A stretch of 64,000 bases of DNA, from positions 2,368,001 through 2,432,000 of the forward strand of contig CAWJSJ010000002.1 of NCBI GenBank assembly GCA_963845565.1. Reading direction: 5' to 3'. Shown here piece after piece: positions 1 through 10,894 of this stretch. This DNA comes from an uncultured Methylomirabilota bacterium. GTDB taxonomy: Bacteria > Methylomirabilota > Methylomirabilia > Methylomirabilales > 2-02-FULL-66-22. Position numbers and translations under genes: made by a program. The notes beneath the pieces are model-generated. The model made no database searches. It saw only the letters and a list, made by a program, of their open reading frames with translations, and was not told the DNA's origin. Within the stretch, counting starts at the first letter, position 1. The number at the start of each line of letters is the position of its first letter.

Positions 1-541
1 CGAGGAGCGGGACTCGGCCCAGCTGCACCTCGTTCTGGGGGCCGAGGGGCTCCCCTACAGCCACGCCCACCGGTATGCCTTCTTCCTGCAGAACGCCATC
101 CTGGGCAGCTCCATGAGCTCCCGGCTCTTCCAGGAGATCCGCGAGAAGCGGGGGCTGGCCTACTCGATCTACTCGTATCAGGCGTCGTACCGGGATTCCG
201 GGCTGATGGCGGTGTACGCCGGCACGAGCACCGAGTCGTACCCGCAGGTTGTGGATCTGATCCGGGCGGAGCTCACGCGGCTGCGGAACGAGCCCGTGGA
301 CCTGGACGAATTCCGGCGGGCCAAGGCACAGCTCAAAGGCAACCTGCTGCTGGGCCTCGAGGGGACGTCGAGTCGAATGACCCGGCTGGCCAAGGCCGAG
401 ATCTATTTCCAGCGCTACTTCGACCTGGACGAGATCATCCGGGGCATCGACGAGGTGTCGCCCGACACGTTCGCCGAGCTGAACCGCTCCCTCCTCGAGC
501 CGGAGCGCTACGCCCTGACCACGATCGGCCACCTGCAGTAA
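1..541 (+). CDS. M16 family zinc peptidase, C-terminal part (5' truncated by window)
   Basis: SSRLFQEIREKRGLAYSIYS motif typical of the M16 C-terminal domain; frame is open from the window start. Confidence 0.85.
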   Translation, partial: EERDSAQLHLVLGAEGLPYSHAHRYAFFLQNAILGSSMSSRLFQEIREKRGLAYSIYSYQASYRDSGLMAVYAGTSTESYPQVVDLIRAELTRLRNEPVDLDEFRRAKAQLKGNLLLGLEGTSSRMTRLAKAEIYFQRYFDLDEIIRGIDEVSPDTFAELNRSLLEPERYALTTIGHLQ

Positions 542-721
542 GAGCCGTCCGCAGTCCAAACCGAAACGGTCTCCCGCACATTGTGTTCAGCCTTGACACG
601 CTCGTTCGCCGCTGGTAGCGTGCCCACTGTCGTGTCCCGACGCTGTCTGGCGGCGTCCGCCAGCGGACAATTCGCGCTGTTCAACGGGTTCGAGGTTCGC
701 GCAACGCTGCGGGGGAATCGC

Positions 722-1195
722 GTGGAACGAGACGAATTGTTGCGCGTTTTGAGAGCGTTCGAGGACGAGAGACTCGAGTATATCCTGATAGGTGCCACGG
801 CCTTGGCGTTGCACGGCATCGTTCGCGCCACCGAGGACGTCGACTTCTTCATCCGCGCGACGGCAGACAACGTCGAGCGACTCAAGCGGGCGCTCCGGAC
901 CGTCTACGCTGCCGACCCGAGCATCGACGAGATCCACGCCGAGGATCTGCTCGGGGAATACCCGTCGGTCCGGTACTACCCTCCGACGGGCGACCTCTAC
1001 TTCGACATATTGACGCGATTAGGTGAGGCCGCGCGCTACGAGGATGTGGCGGTCGAGACGAAGATCGTCGCCGGCATTCGTGTCTGGGTGGCCACGCCCC
1101 GCGCGCTGTACGATCTGAAGAAGGGCACCGTGCGCGCACTCGATCGGCAGGATGCCGAAGCGCTCCGGCAGCGCTTCGATCTGGAGGATCGTTGA
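722..1195 (+). CDS. Nucleotidyltransferase-fold protein
   Basis: YILIGATALALHG..RATEDVDF (G-x...DxD) motif; likely GTG start at 722. Confidence 0.75.
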   Translation: MERDELLRVLRAFEDERLEYILIGATALALHGIVRATEDVDFFIRATADNVERLKRALRTVYAADPSIDEIHAEDLLGEYPSVRYYPPTGDLYFDILTRLGEAARYEDVAVETKIVAGIRVWVATPRALYDLKKGTVRALDRQDAEALRQRFDLEDR

Positions 1196-1407
1196 GCGTG
1201 CCAGTTCAAAAGTTTCGCTCGATCGAAGAGATGGCCCGCGCCCCCGTGCCGGTTCGGACCGAGGATGGTTTCGAGCGGTTCATGCGCCACTGCGCCCGAA
1301 TGTTACGACTCGCGCCGCGTCGTTACCCGCGTGGAGTGTTCCGGTTCCGAACGATCGAGGAGGCGCAGGAGGCCCGTTGCGATGCAGGCCGGCCCGAAGA
1401 CGGTTGA
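1192..1407 (+). CDS. Small hypothetical protein coupled to the nucleotidyltransferase
   Basis: 4-nt overlap with upstream stop; internal duplicated motif KFRSIEEM / RFRTIEEA. Confidence 0.6.
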   Translation: MSVPVQKFRSIEEMARAPVPVRTEDGFERFMRHCARMLRLAPRRYPRGVFRFRTIEEAQEARCDAGRPEDG

Positions 1408-1642
1408 GCCCAGACGTCCGCGTGTCGTCGCCGTCCCCACGGTCTTCCGACTATCCTCCCCGGATCTCCTTCACTGTTTCCTCTTGACACCACAAATGTC
1501 TACCCATGGTTTCCTCTTGACTTTGCCTGAGCGCAATCGGTAAGCTGCTTTGCCTACGGCGCGATCCGCATCGATCTTCGATCGGCGAGGTCCATTTTCT
1601 TGCATCGCGGCCCCCCCAGGGGGTGGCCACAGGAGGAGGTCC

Positions 1643-2831
1643 ATGACGCGTTATCGAAAAGGATCCATCGGCACGCTCGCCTGCCTCTCGTTCCTGGTTG
1701 CGGCGGTCGTCCTGTGCGGCGTTCCATTACCCGCCGCCGCCGGGCAACCGATCGTACTCTCGATCATCGACAACGGGGGCGATCTACGCCTCCACCGGGG
1801 TGATCATCGAGAACTACAAGAAGGCCAATCCCGACAAGGTGAAGGAGATCAAGATCCAGCGCGGGCCCGCCCCGGAGACACCCGCCAAGATCAAGGCGCA
1901 GCAGGACTGCCGGCCGGGCGGACATCAACCTGGTCCTCACCGGCCAGGATGCCGGCTCCGTCCTCGCCGCCAACAAGCAGACTGATCGAGCTGTTCCCCA
2001 AGTACGACAAGATGTTCCCCAGGGATGAGCTGAACGAGGCGGCGAAGGTCCTGCAGGATTCGGGCGGAGGCTCGCTCATGCCGGTCGTGGTGAACGCCGG
2101 CGGACCGGTCTTCATCTACAACCCGAAGAAGGTGACAGAAGCCCCCGAAGACCGTCGACGAGTTCCTGGCCTGGGCCAAGGCGAACCCCAACCGGTTCCT
2201 CTACGCCCGCCCGGCGAACAGCGGCCCCGGCCGGTCCATCATGTGCGGGCTTGCCGTACATCCTGAGACGACAAGGCCCCCATGGATCCGGAGAAGGGAT
2301 GGGACAAGACCTGGGCCTTCCTGAAGGAGTTGGGGAAGTCCATGGAGTACTACCCCACGGGCACCCTCTTCACCCTCCGGGAGTTTGCCCAGGAGCAGCG
2401 GTGGATGATCTCCGGCATCATGGAGTGGGACATGAAGCCCCGGGCCGAGGGCGTGATCCCGCCGGAATGCCAAGATCACCGTCCTGGACAACACCACCTT
2501 CGTCATCGACGGCCACTACTGGGGGATTCCCAAGGGCGTGCCCCAGAACGAGGTGGACGTCCTCCTGGATCTCATGAAGTTCATGCGCCGCCCCGACCAG
2601 CAGGTCCTGACCTGGAAGGCCTTCATCGGCCCGTCCATCAAGGCGGCGACCTTCGACAAGGCGCCGGCGGCCATCCGGGACCTCGTCAAGGAACACTGGC
2701 GGCCCGAGTATGATCAGATCGGCCCCGGCAAGAAGTACAAGATGGCGCCGCAGCTCGACTTCAAGGAGCTGACCTACGCGATGGATCGCTGGGACCGGGA
2801 GATCGGCGCCCAGCAGATCAAGAAGCAGTAG
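1643..2831 (+). CDS. ABC transporter extracellular solute-binding protein (PotD/iron/thiamine-like; several frameshifts)
   Basis: AGGAGG SD, signal peptide, SBP-like fragments spread over several frames, upstream of ABC ATPase and permeases. Confidence 0.75.
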
Positions 2832-2912
2832 CGCGGGACGCAGCGGATACTGACGGAAGGGGAGGGTCCCGGTCGAGCGACCCTCCCCTTCATTGCCTAA
2901 CGGCGGGAGACC

Positions 2913-3999
2913 ATGAAAGAGACGATTGATATCGCTGCGATTCCGGATCACCAAGCGGTTTGGGACGAAGACCGTGCTGCGGGATTTTGCCCTGGAGGTC
3001 CGCGGCAAGCAGTTCATCACCTTTCTGGGGCCCAGCGGCTGCGGCAAGTCCACGGCCCTGAACATCATCGCCGGGCTGATCCCCGCCACCGAGGGCGAGG
3101 TCTGGATCGACGGGGAGCGCATCGACCACCTGCCGCCCGAGAAGCGGGGGTTCGGCATGGTCTTCCAGAACTACGCGCTCTTCCCGCACATGACCGTCTT
3201 CGCCAACATCGCCTTCGGCCTGCAGCTCCAGCGCCGGCCGGCGGCGGAGATCACCGAGCGCGTCCAGCAGATGCTGGAACTGGTCCAGCTTCTCGGCTAC
3301 GAGGGGCGCTACCCGGGGCAGCTCTCCGGCGGCCAGCAGCAGCGGATCGCCATCGCCCGGGCCCTGGTCCTGCACCCGCGCCTCATGCTGCTGGACGAGC
3401 CGCTCTCGAACCTGGACGCCAAGCTGCGGATCGAGATGCGGGCCGAGATCAAGCGGCTCCACACCAGCCTGGGCCTCACCTCCATCTACGTGACCCACGA
3501 CCAGACGGAGGCCCTCTCGCTCTCCGACTGGGTGGTGGTGATGAAGGACGGCCTCCTGATCCAGGCGGGCCCGCCGCAGGAGATCCACGACCAGCCCGTC
3601 AACGTCTTCGTGGCGGACTTCATGGGGTTCCGGAATTTCTTCCCGACCCGGGTCGTGGCCCTCGGGCCGGACCGGGACGTGGAGGCCGCGGGCAACGGGA
3701 TGACGATCCGGGGCAAGACCCGGCACACCTTCGCCCCCGGCGCCTCGGTGGTGGCCGCCATCCGTCCGGATGATGTCGTGGTCGGTGGGGACGCCGCCGG
3801 TCCAAATGCGTTCCGGGCCAAGGTGGACATCGTCGAATACCTGGGGCGTGAGGACGAGGTGATCGTGACGCTGGAGGCCGGCGGACGTCTCTGGGTGCGG
3901 ACGGCCGCCCGGGTGACCCCGGGGGAGAACGTGACCGTGGTCCTCCCGCCGGACCGGGTCATCTTCCTCCCGGCGGAGGGATCCGGAGGTACGGCATGA
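2913..3999 (+). CDS. ABC transporter ATP-binding protein (PotA-like; frameshift near the start)
   Basis: Walker A GPSGCGKS, LSGGQQQR signature, LLDEPLSNLD, TOBE-like C-terminus. Confidence 0.92.
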
Positions 4000-4883
4000 G
4001 GCGCGCAGGGACCGGCGAACCGAGCGAGCTGGACCTGCTGGCGATCGCCTGCCTGCTCCCCTCGCTCCTCTACGTGCTGGTGCTGTTCGTCTACCCGTTC
4101 CTCTACGGCATCTACCTGAGCGTCCACCCGCTCAAGGTGGACGGCTTCAGCCTGGCCAACTACATCGCCTTCTTCACCGACCAGTACCAGTACAAGACCG
4201 TGGGGATCACCTTCCGCCTCGCCGTCCCCAACACCATCGTGGTCGTGGCCATCAGCCTGCTCTTCGCCTACAACATGCGCCGGGGGATCTGGCTGGAGCG
4301 GACCATCACCACGATCCTGGTCCTGCCCATCTCGCTCGGCGTGATCCTGCTGGCCCAGGGGATCCTGGGCTTCTACGGAGGGAAGGGGTGGTTCAACCAG
4401 TTGCTCCTGGGCCTCGGCGTCCTGGAGGAACGCGCTGATCGCTGACTCACAACTTCACCGGGGTGATGCTCTCCCTCTTCATGCAGCAATTCCCCTTCTG
4501 CTTTCTGATGCTGCTGGGCTACATCTCGGGCATCGACCCCAGCATCGAAAACTCGGCGCGCACGCTCGGGGCGAACCCCTGGACCGTCTTCCGGCGGGTC
4601 ATGTTGCCCCTGATCGCCCCCGGACTGGCGATCGCTTTCGCCCTGGTCTTTGTCATGAGCTTCGGCACCTTCGCCTCGGCCATCATGCTGGGGCAAGCCG
4701 TCGGGTTCCACCCGGACCATCGCCATCGCCGCCTATGCACAGGCCTTCGAGATGTTCGACATGCCCTATGCCTCAGCCATCGCGGTGATCATGGGGATCT
4801 TCCAGCTCGCCGGTCTGCTCGTCATCCTCCTGCTGCGCAAGCGGATGGTCACGGCGGCAACCATGGGGGTTGGGAAGCGGTGA
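3996..4883 (+). CDS. ABC transporter permease (PotB-like; frameshifts near 4435 and 4700)
   Basis: Hydrophobic helices; EAA loop IENSARTLGANPWTVFRRV. Confidence 0.8.
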
Positions 4884-4900
4884 GGGGCCAATCGAAAATG

Positions 4901-4976
4901 AAAACCGACAACCGACAACCGGCCATTGAGCGTATTCTCTTCAATGATCGGTTATCGGTTGTCAGTTGTCAGTTTT
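4901..4976. repeat. Hairpin built from inverted heptamer repeats (CGACAAC/GTTGTCA)
   Basis: aaaaccgacaaccgacaaccgg...tcggttatcggttgtcagttgtcagtttt between the two permeases. Confidence 0.7.
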
Positions 4977-5023
4977 ACGACTGACTTTGTGAGTTCCGGA
5001 CGATTCGTCACTGAGGAAGGTCT

Positions 5024-5846
5024 ATGCGCGGCCGACTGTGGGGACTGGCAGTTTATGTGTTCGTTCTGGGGTTCATCCTGAACCTGCTGGGGATCGTGAG
5101 CCATGTCGTGGTGAGCTCGTTCGCCAAGCGGTGGTTCGGCACCCCGTTTCCCGCGCTCGCTCACCACCGAGTGGTACAGCTACGCCTGGACGGAGTTCGG
5201 CCTCGCCCAGGTCCTCGGGGTGACGGTCTTCGTGGCGCTGACCGTGGTGGTTCTGGCCCTGCTCATGGGGTTCCCGGCCGCGTACATCCTGGCGCGCCGC
5301 AACTTCCGGTGGAAGCCGGTGCTGCTCCTGCTCTATTTTCTGCCGCTGCTCATCCCCCAGATGACCTACGGCATCCCGCTTGCGACCACCATGTTCCGGT
5401 ACGGGATCGGCGGGACCGTGGCCGGCGTCATCCTGGCCGTGATGGTCCCGATGGTGCCCCTGGCCATCTTCATCCTCATGCCCTTCTTCGAACAGATCAG
5501 CGTCAACCTCGAGTGGGGTGCGGCCATGATGGGCGCCAACCGGTTCCAGATTTTCCGCCGCGTCCTCTTGCCGCTCACCCTGCCCGGACTCCTCACGGCC
5601 GGGATCCTCGTCCTCGTGAACACGGTCTCGAACTTCGAGCTGACCTTCCTGGTCTCCGGCGCCGGCTCCCAGACGCTGGTCGTGGCCCTGTTCTACAACG
5701 TCTTCGCGGGCGGGGTCCGCCCCGTCTATTCCGTGGACGCCATGGCCGTGATGTACATGACCATGATCATGGTCCTGCTCCTCATCGCCCTGCGCTTCGT
5801 CCGTCCGACGCAGATGGTCTTCCGCCTCGACCAGCCCAAGCGCTGA
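5024..5846 (+). CDS. ABC transporter permease (PotC-like; frameshift near 5155)
   Basis: Hydrophobic helices; EAA-like loop LEWGAAMMGANRFQIFRRV. Confidence 0.8.
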
Positions 5847-5955
5847 CCGGCCCCACCCATTGGGCTACCACTGAAGCGTGGGGTGGTGGCCTCGCGTGAA
5901 CGGCCGACAGAAAGATCACGTTCCGGCGGGCGGGGCGTTCGTATGGGGGTACGCA

Positions 5956-7029
5956 ATGGGGAACGGTGCACCGAGAAGAGCGAACCCGGAGAGGCTCGAT
6001 CGTTTCGTGTCGTCGGCCTTCCGCGGGGTGGGCGTTCCCCCCGGCGATGCCGACTTGGCCGCCAAGATTCTGGTGGATGCCGATCTGCGCGGAATTGACT
6101 CCCACGGCGTCATCAACCTCCACGGGACCTACATCCGGGGGCTGCAGACCGGGGCCATCAACCCCACGCCGGAGATCCGGGTGGCCCTGGGGAGCCCCAC
6201 CACGGCCTCGGTGGACGGGGGCAACGGGTTGGGAGCCGTGGTGAGCCACCACGCCATGACCGAATGTCTCCGGATGGCCCGAGAACACGGGACGGGGTGG
6301 GCGACGGTCTGTAATAGTCACCATTCCGGAGCGGGTGCCTACTACGTCTTGATGGCGGCCAACCAGGACATGATCGGCCTCCACTCCTCCTCGGGAGGGT
6401 CAACCGTGGCCGCGCCGGGGGGCAGGGGGAGGCTCATCGGAAACAACGTGCTGGCGTTCGCGGCGCCCGGCCGGAAGCACGGCCCCTTCGTGCTGGACAT
6501 GGCGCCGACCATGGCCATCGCCAACAAGCTACACATGCTTCAGTGGGCCGGGAAGCCGATGCCGGAGGGGTGGGCGGTAGATTCCGAAGGGCGGCCCATC
6601 ACGGACCCCAAACGCTACTTCGCAACCGAAGGCGCCATTCTGCCCCTGGGGAGCACCCCCCAGAACGGTGTGCACAAAGGATTCGGACTCCTACTGGTCT
6701 CGGACATTCTCACGGGTCTCCTCTCCGGAGATGGCGGGAGCATGTTCCGCAGAAAAGGCGAGCACACGCATGTCTTCTGTGCCCTGCGCATCGACGCCTT
6801 CCCGACCGGTGGGGACTTCAAGGACTTGATGGACGCCATGATCGAGAAGCTGCATGCAACCCCCACCGTGGGGGCCACGGGCCGGATCCGGTACCCCGGC
6901 GAGCGCGGGAACCTGACCCACCGCGAGCGCAGCGCCACGGGGATCCCCCTCCGCCAGAACGTCGTGGAAGATCTGCAGCGCATGAGCGCGGCGCTACACC
7001 TCTCGCTGGACGATATCTGGGAGCGGTAG
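5956..7029 (+). CDS. Ldh_2 family (malate/L-lactate/ureidoglycolate-type) oxidoreductase
   Basis: ADLRGIDSHG, NSHHSGA, HKGFGL, RYPGE motifs. Confidence 0.9.
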   Translation: MGNGAPRRANPERLDRFVSSAFRGVGVPPGDADLAAKILVDADLRGIDSHGVINLHGTYIRGLQTGAINPTPEIRVALGSPTTASVDGGNGLGAVVSHHAMTECLRMAREHGTGWATVCNSHHSGAGAYYVLMAANQDMIGLHSSSGGSTVAAPGGRGRLIGNNVLAFAAPGRKHGPFVLDMAPTMAIANKLHMLQWAGKPMPEGWAVDSEGRPITDPKRYFATEGAILPLGSTPQNGVHKGFGLLLVSDILTGLLSGDGGSMFRRKGEHTHVFCALRIDAFPTGGDFKDLMDAMIEKLHATPTVGATGRIRYPGERGNLTHRERSATGIPLRQNVVEDLQRMSAALHLSLDDIWER

Positions 7030-7388
7030 CGGTTCGCGCGGCCTGTGGGCGGGTCGCGTGGCCGGTCCCCAGCGACTGCGTCACTTCCTGCCGGAGTACG
7101 GCAAAGCGGCCTGGGGGGGTGCGTTGGTCGCCCTCGGCAATCCCTCTCCATCTGCATTTGCCCTATCCTGCCGTGCCCGCCTTGACACCCCAAGGAGCCG
7201 ATGATAGCGTCCTGGCCGTTTCGAGTGTCCCCGATTTCCGATCCTTGTTTCGGTCATTTCCATGGCAGGTGCGGGTGTCCCAGTCGAGACGCTGGGCCTT
7301 GGTCGCCACTGAATTTCCTCCTCCGTGTTCTGGCCTCCGATCGCATGCCGATGATGTTGTGGCACCTTTCCTGAAGAAGGGGGACTCT

Positions 7389-7949
7389 ATGAGGACATGG
7401 GTGTCGATCCTGGGAGTGTTCATCGTGATCACCGGGATGGGTGCGACGGACTCCGCGCGGCCCGGAGCCGCCGCCACGGACCAGAACGTGGTCGTCAATG
7501 GGAATCAGTCCGTGTCCGTTTCCGCCAACCGGAGCCTCAATGTCGGTGTTGATGACTTCGAGGCGGTGGGGAGGAACCGTACCATCACGGTGGGGTCCAT
7601 GGAGTCAACGACGGTCGGCGCCGGGCAGACGATTCGGATCGGCAGCGACCAACAGATCGCCGTTGGGAGGACACAGACAGTCAGCGTCGGTCGGGACGTG
7701 AATGTCACGGCCGGCGGCAACAAGATGGAGCAGACAGGGGGAAGCGTGATCTACCGGGCGGGCCATACGATGGTGATTGAAGCCCGTGAGGAGATCGTCC
7801 TTCGGACCGGGGCAGCGTCGATCCAGATGAAGAAAGACGGTACGGTCGTCATCCGTGGGAAGGATATAACGATTTTGGGGAGTGGAAAAATCAATGTTAG
7901 GGAGGAGGGAGTGGTTCAGAAGCAGACCCCCGGTGTGCAGTCGAAATAG
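7389..7949 (+). CDS. Secreted protein made of gp5/VgrG C-terminal beta-helix repeats
   Basis: Hydrophobic N-terminus, about ten 8-residue (V/I/A)Gxxxxxx repeats, then EIVLRTGAASIQMKKDGTVVIRG. Confidence 0.7.
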   Translation: MRTWVSILGVFIVITGMGATDSARPGAAATDQNVVVNGNQSVSVSANRSLNVGVDDFEAVGRNRTITVGSMESTTVGAGQTIRIGSDQQIAVGRTQTVSVGRDVNVTAGGNKMEQTGGSVIYRAGHTMVIEAREEIVLRTGAASIQMKKDGTVVIRGKDITILGSGKINVREEGVVQKQTPGVQSK

Positions 7950-8150
7950 GTGCAAGGTCGAGGCGCGTTGCCGTTTCTGGGTGCAGCTCGCCGGTTTTTC
8001 CTTTGGTGATAACCCCTGCCCGCCGTTGTCTCTGGCGTCTGTCTGTGATAGCCTGCGGACGATGTGTGGGGCCGGCGGCGGTAGCACGGGGGCGGGAGAC
8101 CGCCGCCGGATGTCTGGAATGGCAGCGCAACCTTTCCTGAAGGAGCGGAA

Positions 8151-9458
8151 ATGATCCCGCGGTATTCCCGACCGAAAATGGCGGCCATCTGGGAGCCGGC
8201 GAACCGGTTCTCACTCTGGCTCACCATCGAGATCCTGGCCTGCGAGGCCTGGGCCGAGCTGGGTGTGGTGCCGAAGGAGGCCGTGGCCGAGATCAAGGCC
8301 AAGGCCAACTTCGACATGGCCGCACTGGTCCCGCGCATCGACGAGATCGAGCGGCGGACCAAACACGACGTGGTGGCGTTCACCGAGGCGGTGGCGGAGA
8401 AGATCGGGCCGGTCTCCCGGTACATCCACCTGGGCCTCACCTCCTCGGATATTCTGGATACCTGCCTCGCCTGCCAGATGCGGCAAGCGGCGGATCTCCT
8501 CCTCGAGGATGTGTCGGCTGTGGAGGCCGCCCTGGCGACGCTGGCCGTGCGGCACAAGCGCACCGCCATGATCGGCCGCACGCACGGCATTCATGCCGAG
8601 CCCACCACCTTCGGCCTGAAGGTTGCCATGTGGCTGATGGAGATGCGGCGGGCGGCAGAGCGGCTGACCCGGGCGCGCGAGGTGGCGAGCTACGGCAAGC
8701 TGTCGGGGGCGGTGGGGACGTTCGCGAATGTCCCACCCCAGGTTGAGGAGTACGTGTGTGCCAAGCTGGGACTCAAGCCTGAACCCATCTCCACGCAGAT
8801 CATCCAGCGCGACCGGCACGCCGAGTACCTGGCGGTCCTCGGGATTGTGGGGGCCTCGCTGGACAAGTTCGCCACCGAGATCCGGCACCTGCAGCGGACC
8901 GAGGTCCGGGAGGTGGAGGAGCCGTTCAGCGAAGGCCAGAAAGGCTCCTCGGCCATGCCCCACAAGCGGAACCCGGTCTCGTGCGAGCAGATCTCGGGCC
9001 TGGCGCGGCTGCTCCGGTCCAACGCGCAGGCCGGGCTGGAGAACGTGGCGCTCTGGCACGAGCGGGACATCAGCCACTCCTCGGTGGAGCGGGTGATCCT
9101 GCCGGACGGGACCATCCTGCTGGACTACCTGCTGGCGAAATTCCGGGACATCGTGCAGGGAATGCGGGTCTATCCGGAGCAGATGCTGCGGAACTTGAAC
9201 GCCACGCACGGCGTCATCTTCTCGCAGCAGGCGCTCTTGGCGCTCTCCAAGGCGGGCGCCACGCGCGAGGCCGCCTACCAGATGGTCCAGCGGAACGCCA
9301 TGCGGGCCTGGGAGACTGGAGAGGGGTTCCGGACGCTGCTTCTGGCCGACGCCGAAGTCGGCGCGGTGCTGTCGCCCGCGGAAATTGAAAGCTGCTTCGA
9401 ACTGGAGTATCATCTGCGCCACGTGGATGCCATATTCCGGCGGGTCGGGCTCGACTGA
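8151..9458 (+). CDS. purB: Adenylosuccinate lyase
   Basis: MIPRYSR start, GRTHGIHAEPTTFG, GSSAMPHKRNP. Confidence 0.97.
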   Translation: MIPRYSRPKMAAIWEPANRFSLWLTIEILACEAWAELGVVPKEAVAEIKAKANFDMAALVPRIDEIERRTKHDVVAFTEAVAEKIGPVSRYIHLGLTSSDILDTCLACQMRQAADLLLEDVSAVEAALATLAVRHKRTAMIGRTHGIHAEPTTFGLKVAMWLMEMRRAAERLTRAREVASYGKLSGAVGTFANVPPQVEEYVCAKLGLKPEPISTQIIQRDRHAEYLAVLGIVGASLDKFATEIRHLQRTEVREVEEPFSEGQKGSSAMPHKRNPVSCEQISGLARLLRSNAQAGLENVALWHERDISHSSVERVILPDGTILLDYLLAKFRDIVQGMRVYPEQMLRNLNATHGVIFSQQALLALSKAGATREAAYQMVQRNAMRAWETGEGFRTLLLADAEVGAVLSPAEIESCFELEYHLRHVDAIFRRVGLD

Positions 9459-9461
9459 TTT

Positions 9462-9583
9462 AGGCTGCTGAAAAAGGCCCATCTACTGCGTTGGCGCGCT
9501 CGGGCGCTCGTTGCGGCGTACGGGAAGTACGCCTCACTCGACCCATCGCTTGCCGCCTTGTATCTGGACCTTTTTGAGCCGCC
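9462..9583 (+). repeat. Repeat family A copy 1 (MITE-like, ~122 bp, ~25-bp imperfect TIRs)
   Basis: aggctgctgaaaaaggcccatct...atctggacctttttgagccgcc; matches 3 other copies. Confidence 0.85.
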
Positions 9584-9625
9584 CGGGGGCAAAGCGAGTT
9601 CTTCAATTTCCCGTGAGGGGTGGAA

Positions 9626-10342
9626 ATGGCCGTTGTGCGGGGTCGGAAGCTCTACGAGGGGAAGTGGAAGATCCTCTTCGAGACCACGGATCCCGGCCGG
9701 TTGCTCCTACGGTTCAAGGACGTGCCGGCATTCGACCGGGCGGCGGCCCGCCCGACGTTGCCCCGGCGCGGGGCCATGAAGACGCAGATTGCGGCGGCGC
9801 TCTTCACGCTGCTCCAACAGCAAGGGATCCCGACCCATTTCCTGGAGGTGGGCGGCACTCGGGATCTGCTGGTGCGCAGGCTCGAGATGATTCGGTTGGA
9901 GGTGGTTCTTCGGAACGTGGTGGCCGGCAGCCTCGCCAAGCGCCTCGGGATGGAGGTGGGGAGTCCGCTGCCGGCGCCGATCCTGGAGTGGTACTACAAG
10001 AGCGATGCGCTCGGTGATCCGCTCCTGAACGATGCGCATGTCAGCGCGCTGGGTCTTGCCTCTGTCGAGGAACTCAAGGCCATCCGCGAGATGACCTTCC
10101 GCGCCAACGGCATCCTGTTGCCTTTCTTCGCGGAGCGGGAGATCATGTTGGTGGATTTCAAGCTGGAGTACGGGCGGCAGGCCGGCCGGCTGATGCTGGG
10201 GGACGAGCTCACGCCGGACGGGTGTCGATTCTGGGACCGCGCGACGCGCGAGCGCCTCGGCAAGGACCGCGCGCGCCGGAGCCCCGCCCGCGAGGCGGCC
10301 GCGTACCAGGAGGTGTTCCGGCGCATCTGCAGCGGCTGTTGA
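9626..10342 (+). CDS. purC: SAICAR synthetase
   Basis: LYEGK, EVVLRNVVAGSL, LVDFKLEYG, DELTPDGCRFWD. Confidence 0.93.
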   Translation: MAVVRGRKLYEGKWKILFETTDPGRLLLRFKDVPAFDRAAARPTLPRRGAMKTQIAAALFTLLQQQGIPTHFLEVGGTRDLLVRRLEMIRLEVVLRNVVAGSLAKRLGMEVGSPLPAPILEWYYKSDALGDPLLNDAHVSALGLASVEELKAIREMTFRANGILLPFFAEREIMLVDFKLEYGRQAGRLMLGDELTPDGCRFWDRATRERLGKDRARRSPAREAAAYQEVFRRICSGC

Positions 10343-10493
10343 AAAGGGCCCATCTGCGGTGACCCAGTCTTCGGCTGGGTACCCCGCCCGCCTCGGCACT
10401 CACTGCGACGTACTTCCAGTACGCCTGGACCCAGCGGACTGGGTACCCCGGCCTCCGGCGTGCCGCCTTGCAGCTGGACCTTTTGAGCAGCCT
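10333..10493 (+). repeat. Repeat family A copy 2, with two nested hairpin insertions; supplies the purC stop codon
   Basis: ggctgtTGAaaagggcccatctgc...ggaccttttgagcagcct. Confidence 0.85.
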
Positions 10494-10639
10494 ACTAGAA
10501 GCGAAGGACGACAGAGTAGGGTTAGAGACAGGATGCTTCCAGGCTGTCGGGCGGCTAAGCCGCCGAGCCGCCTAGCTGTCGGCGCTGTCGCTATGGAATA
10601 TCGATATTCCTCAACCGGACGTGTGACGAAAGGGCGAAC

Positions 10640-10894
10640 ATGATTGAGGCCCGGATACATGTGACCCTCAAGAAGAGCGTGCTGGACCCGCAGGGCGACA
10701 CCGTGAAGAGCGGCCTCGCCAGTCTGGGATTTTCGACCGTGCACGATTGCCGGATCGGGAAGTTCATGGTCCTGCGACTGAACGAGACCGACGCGACGGC
10801 GGCCAAGGCCAAGGTGGACGAGATGTGTCGGAAGTTGCTGGCCAATCCGGTGATCGAGGAGTACGTGTTCCAGATCAGCGAGGTGGCCGGATGA
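10640..10894 (+). CDS. purS: FGAM synthase subunit PurS
   Basis: VLDPQG, LLANPVIEEY. Confidence 0.96.
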   Translation: MIEARIHVTLKKSVLDPQGDTVKSGLASLGFSTVHDCRIGKFMVLRLNETDATAAKAKVDEMCRKLLANPVIEEYVFQISEVAG

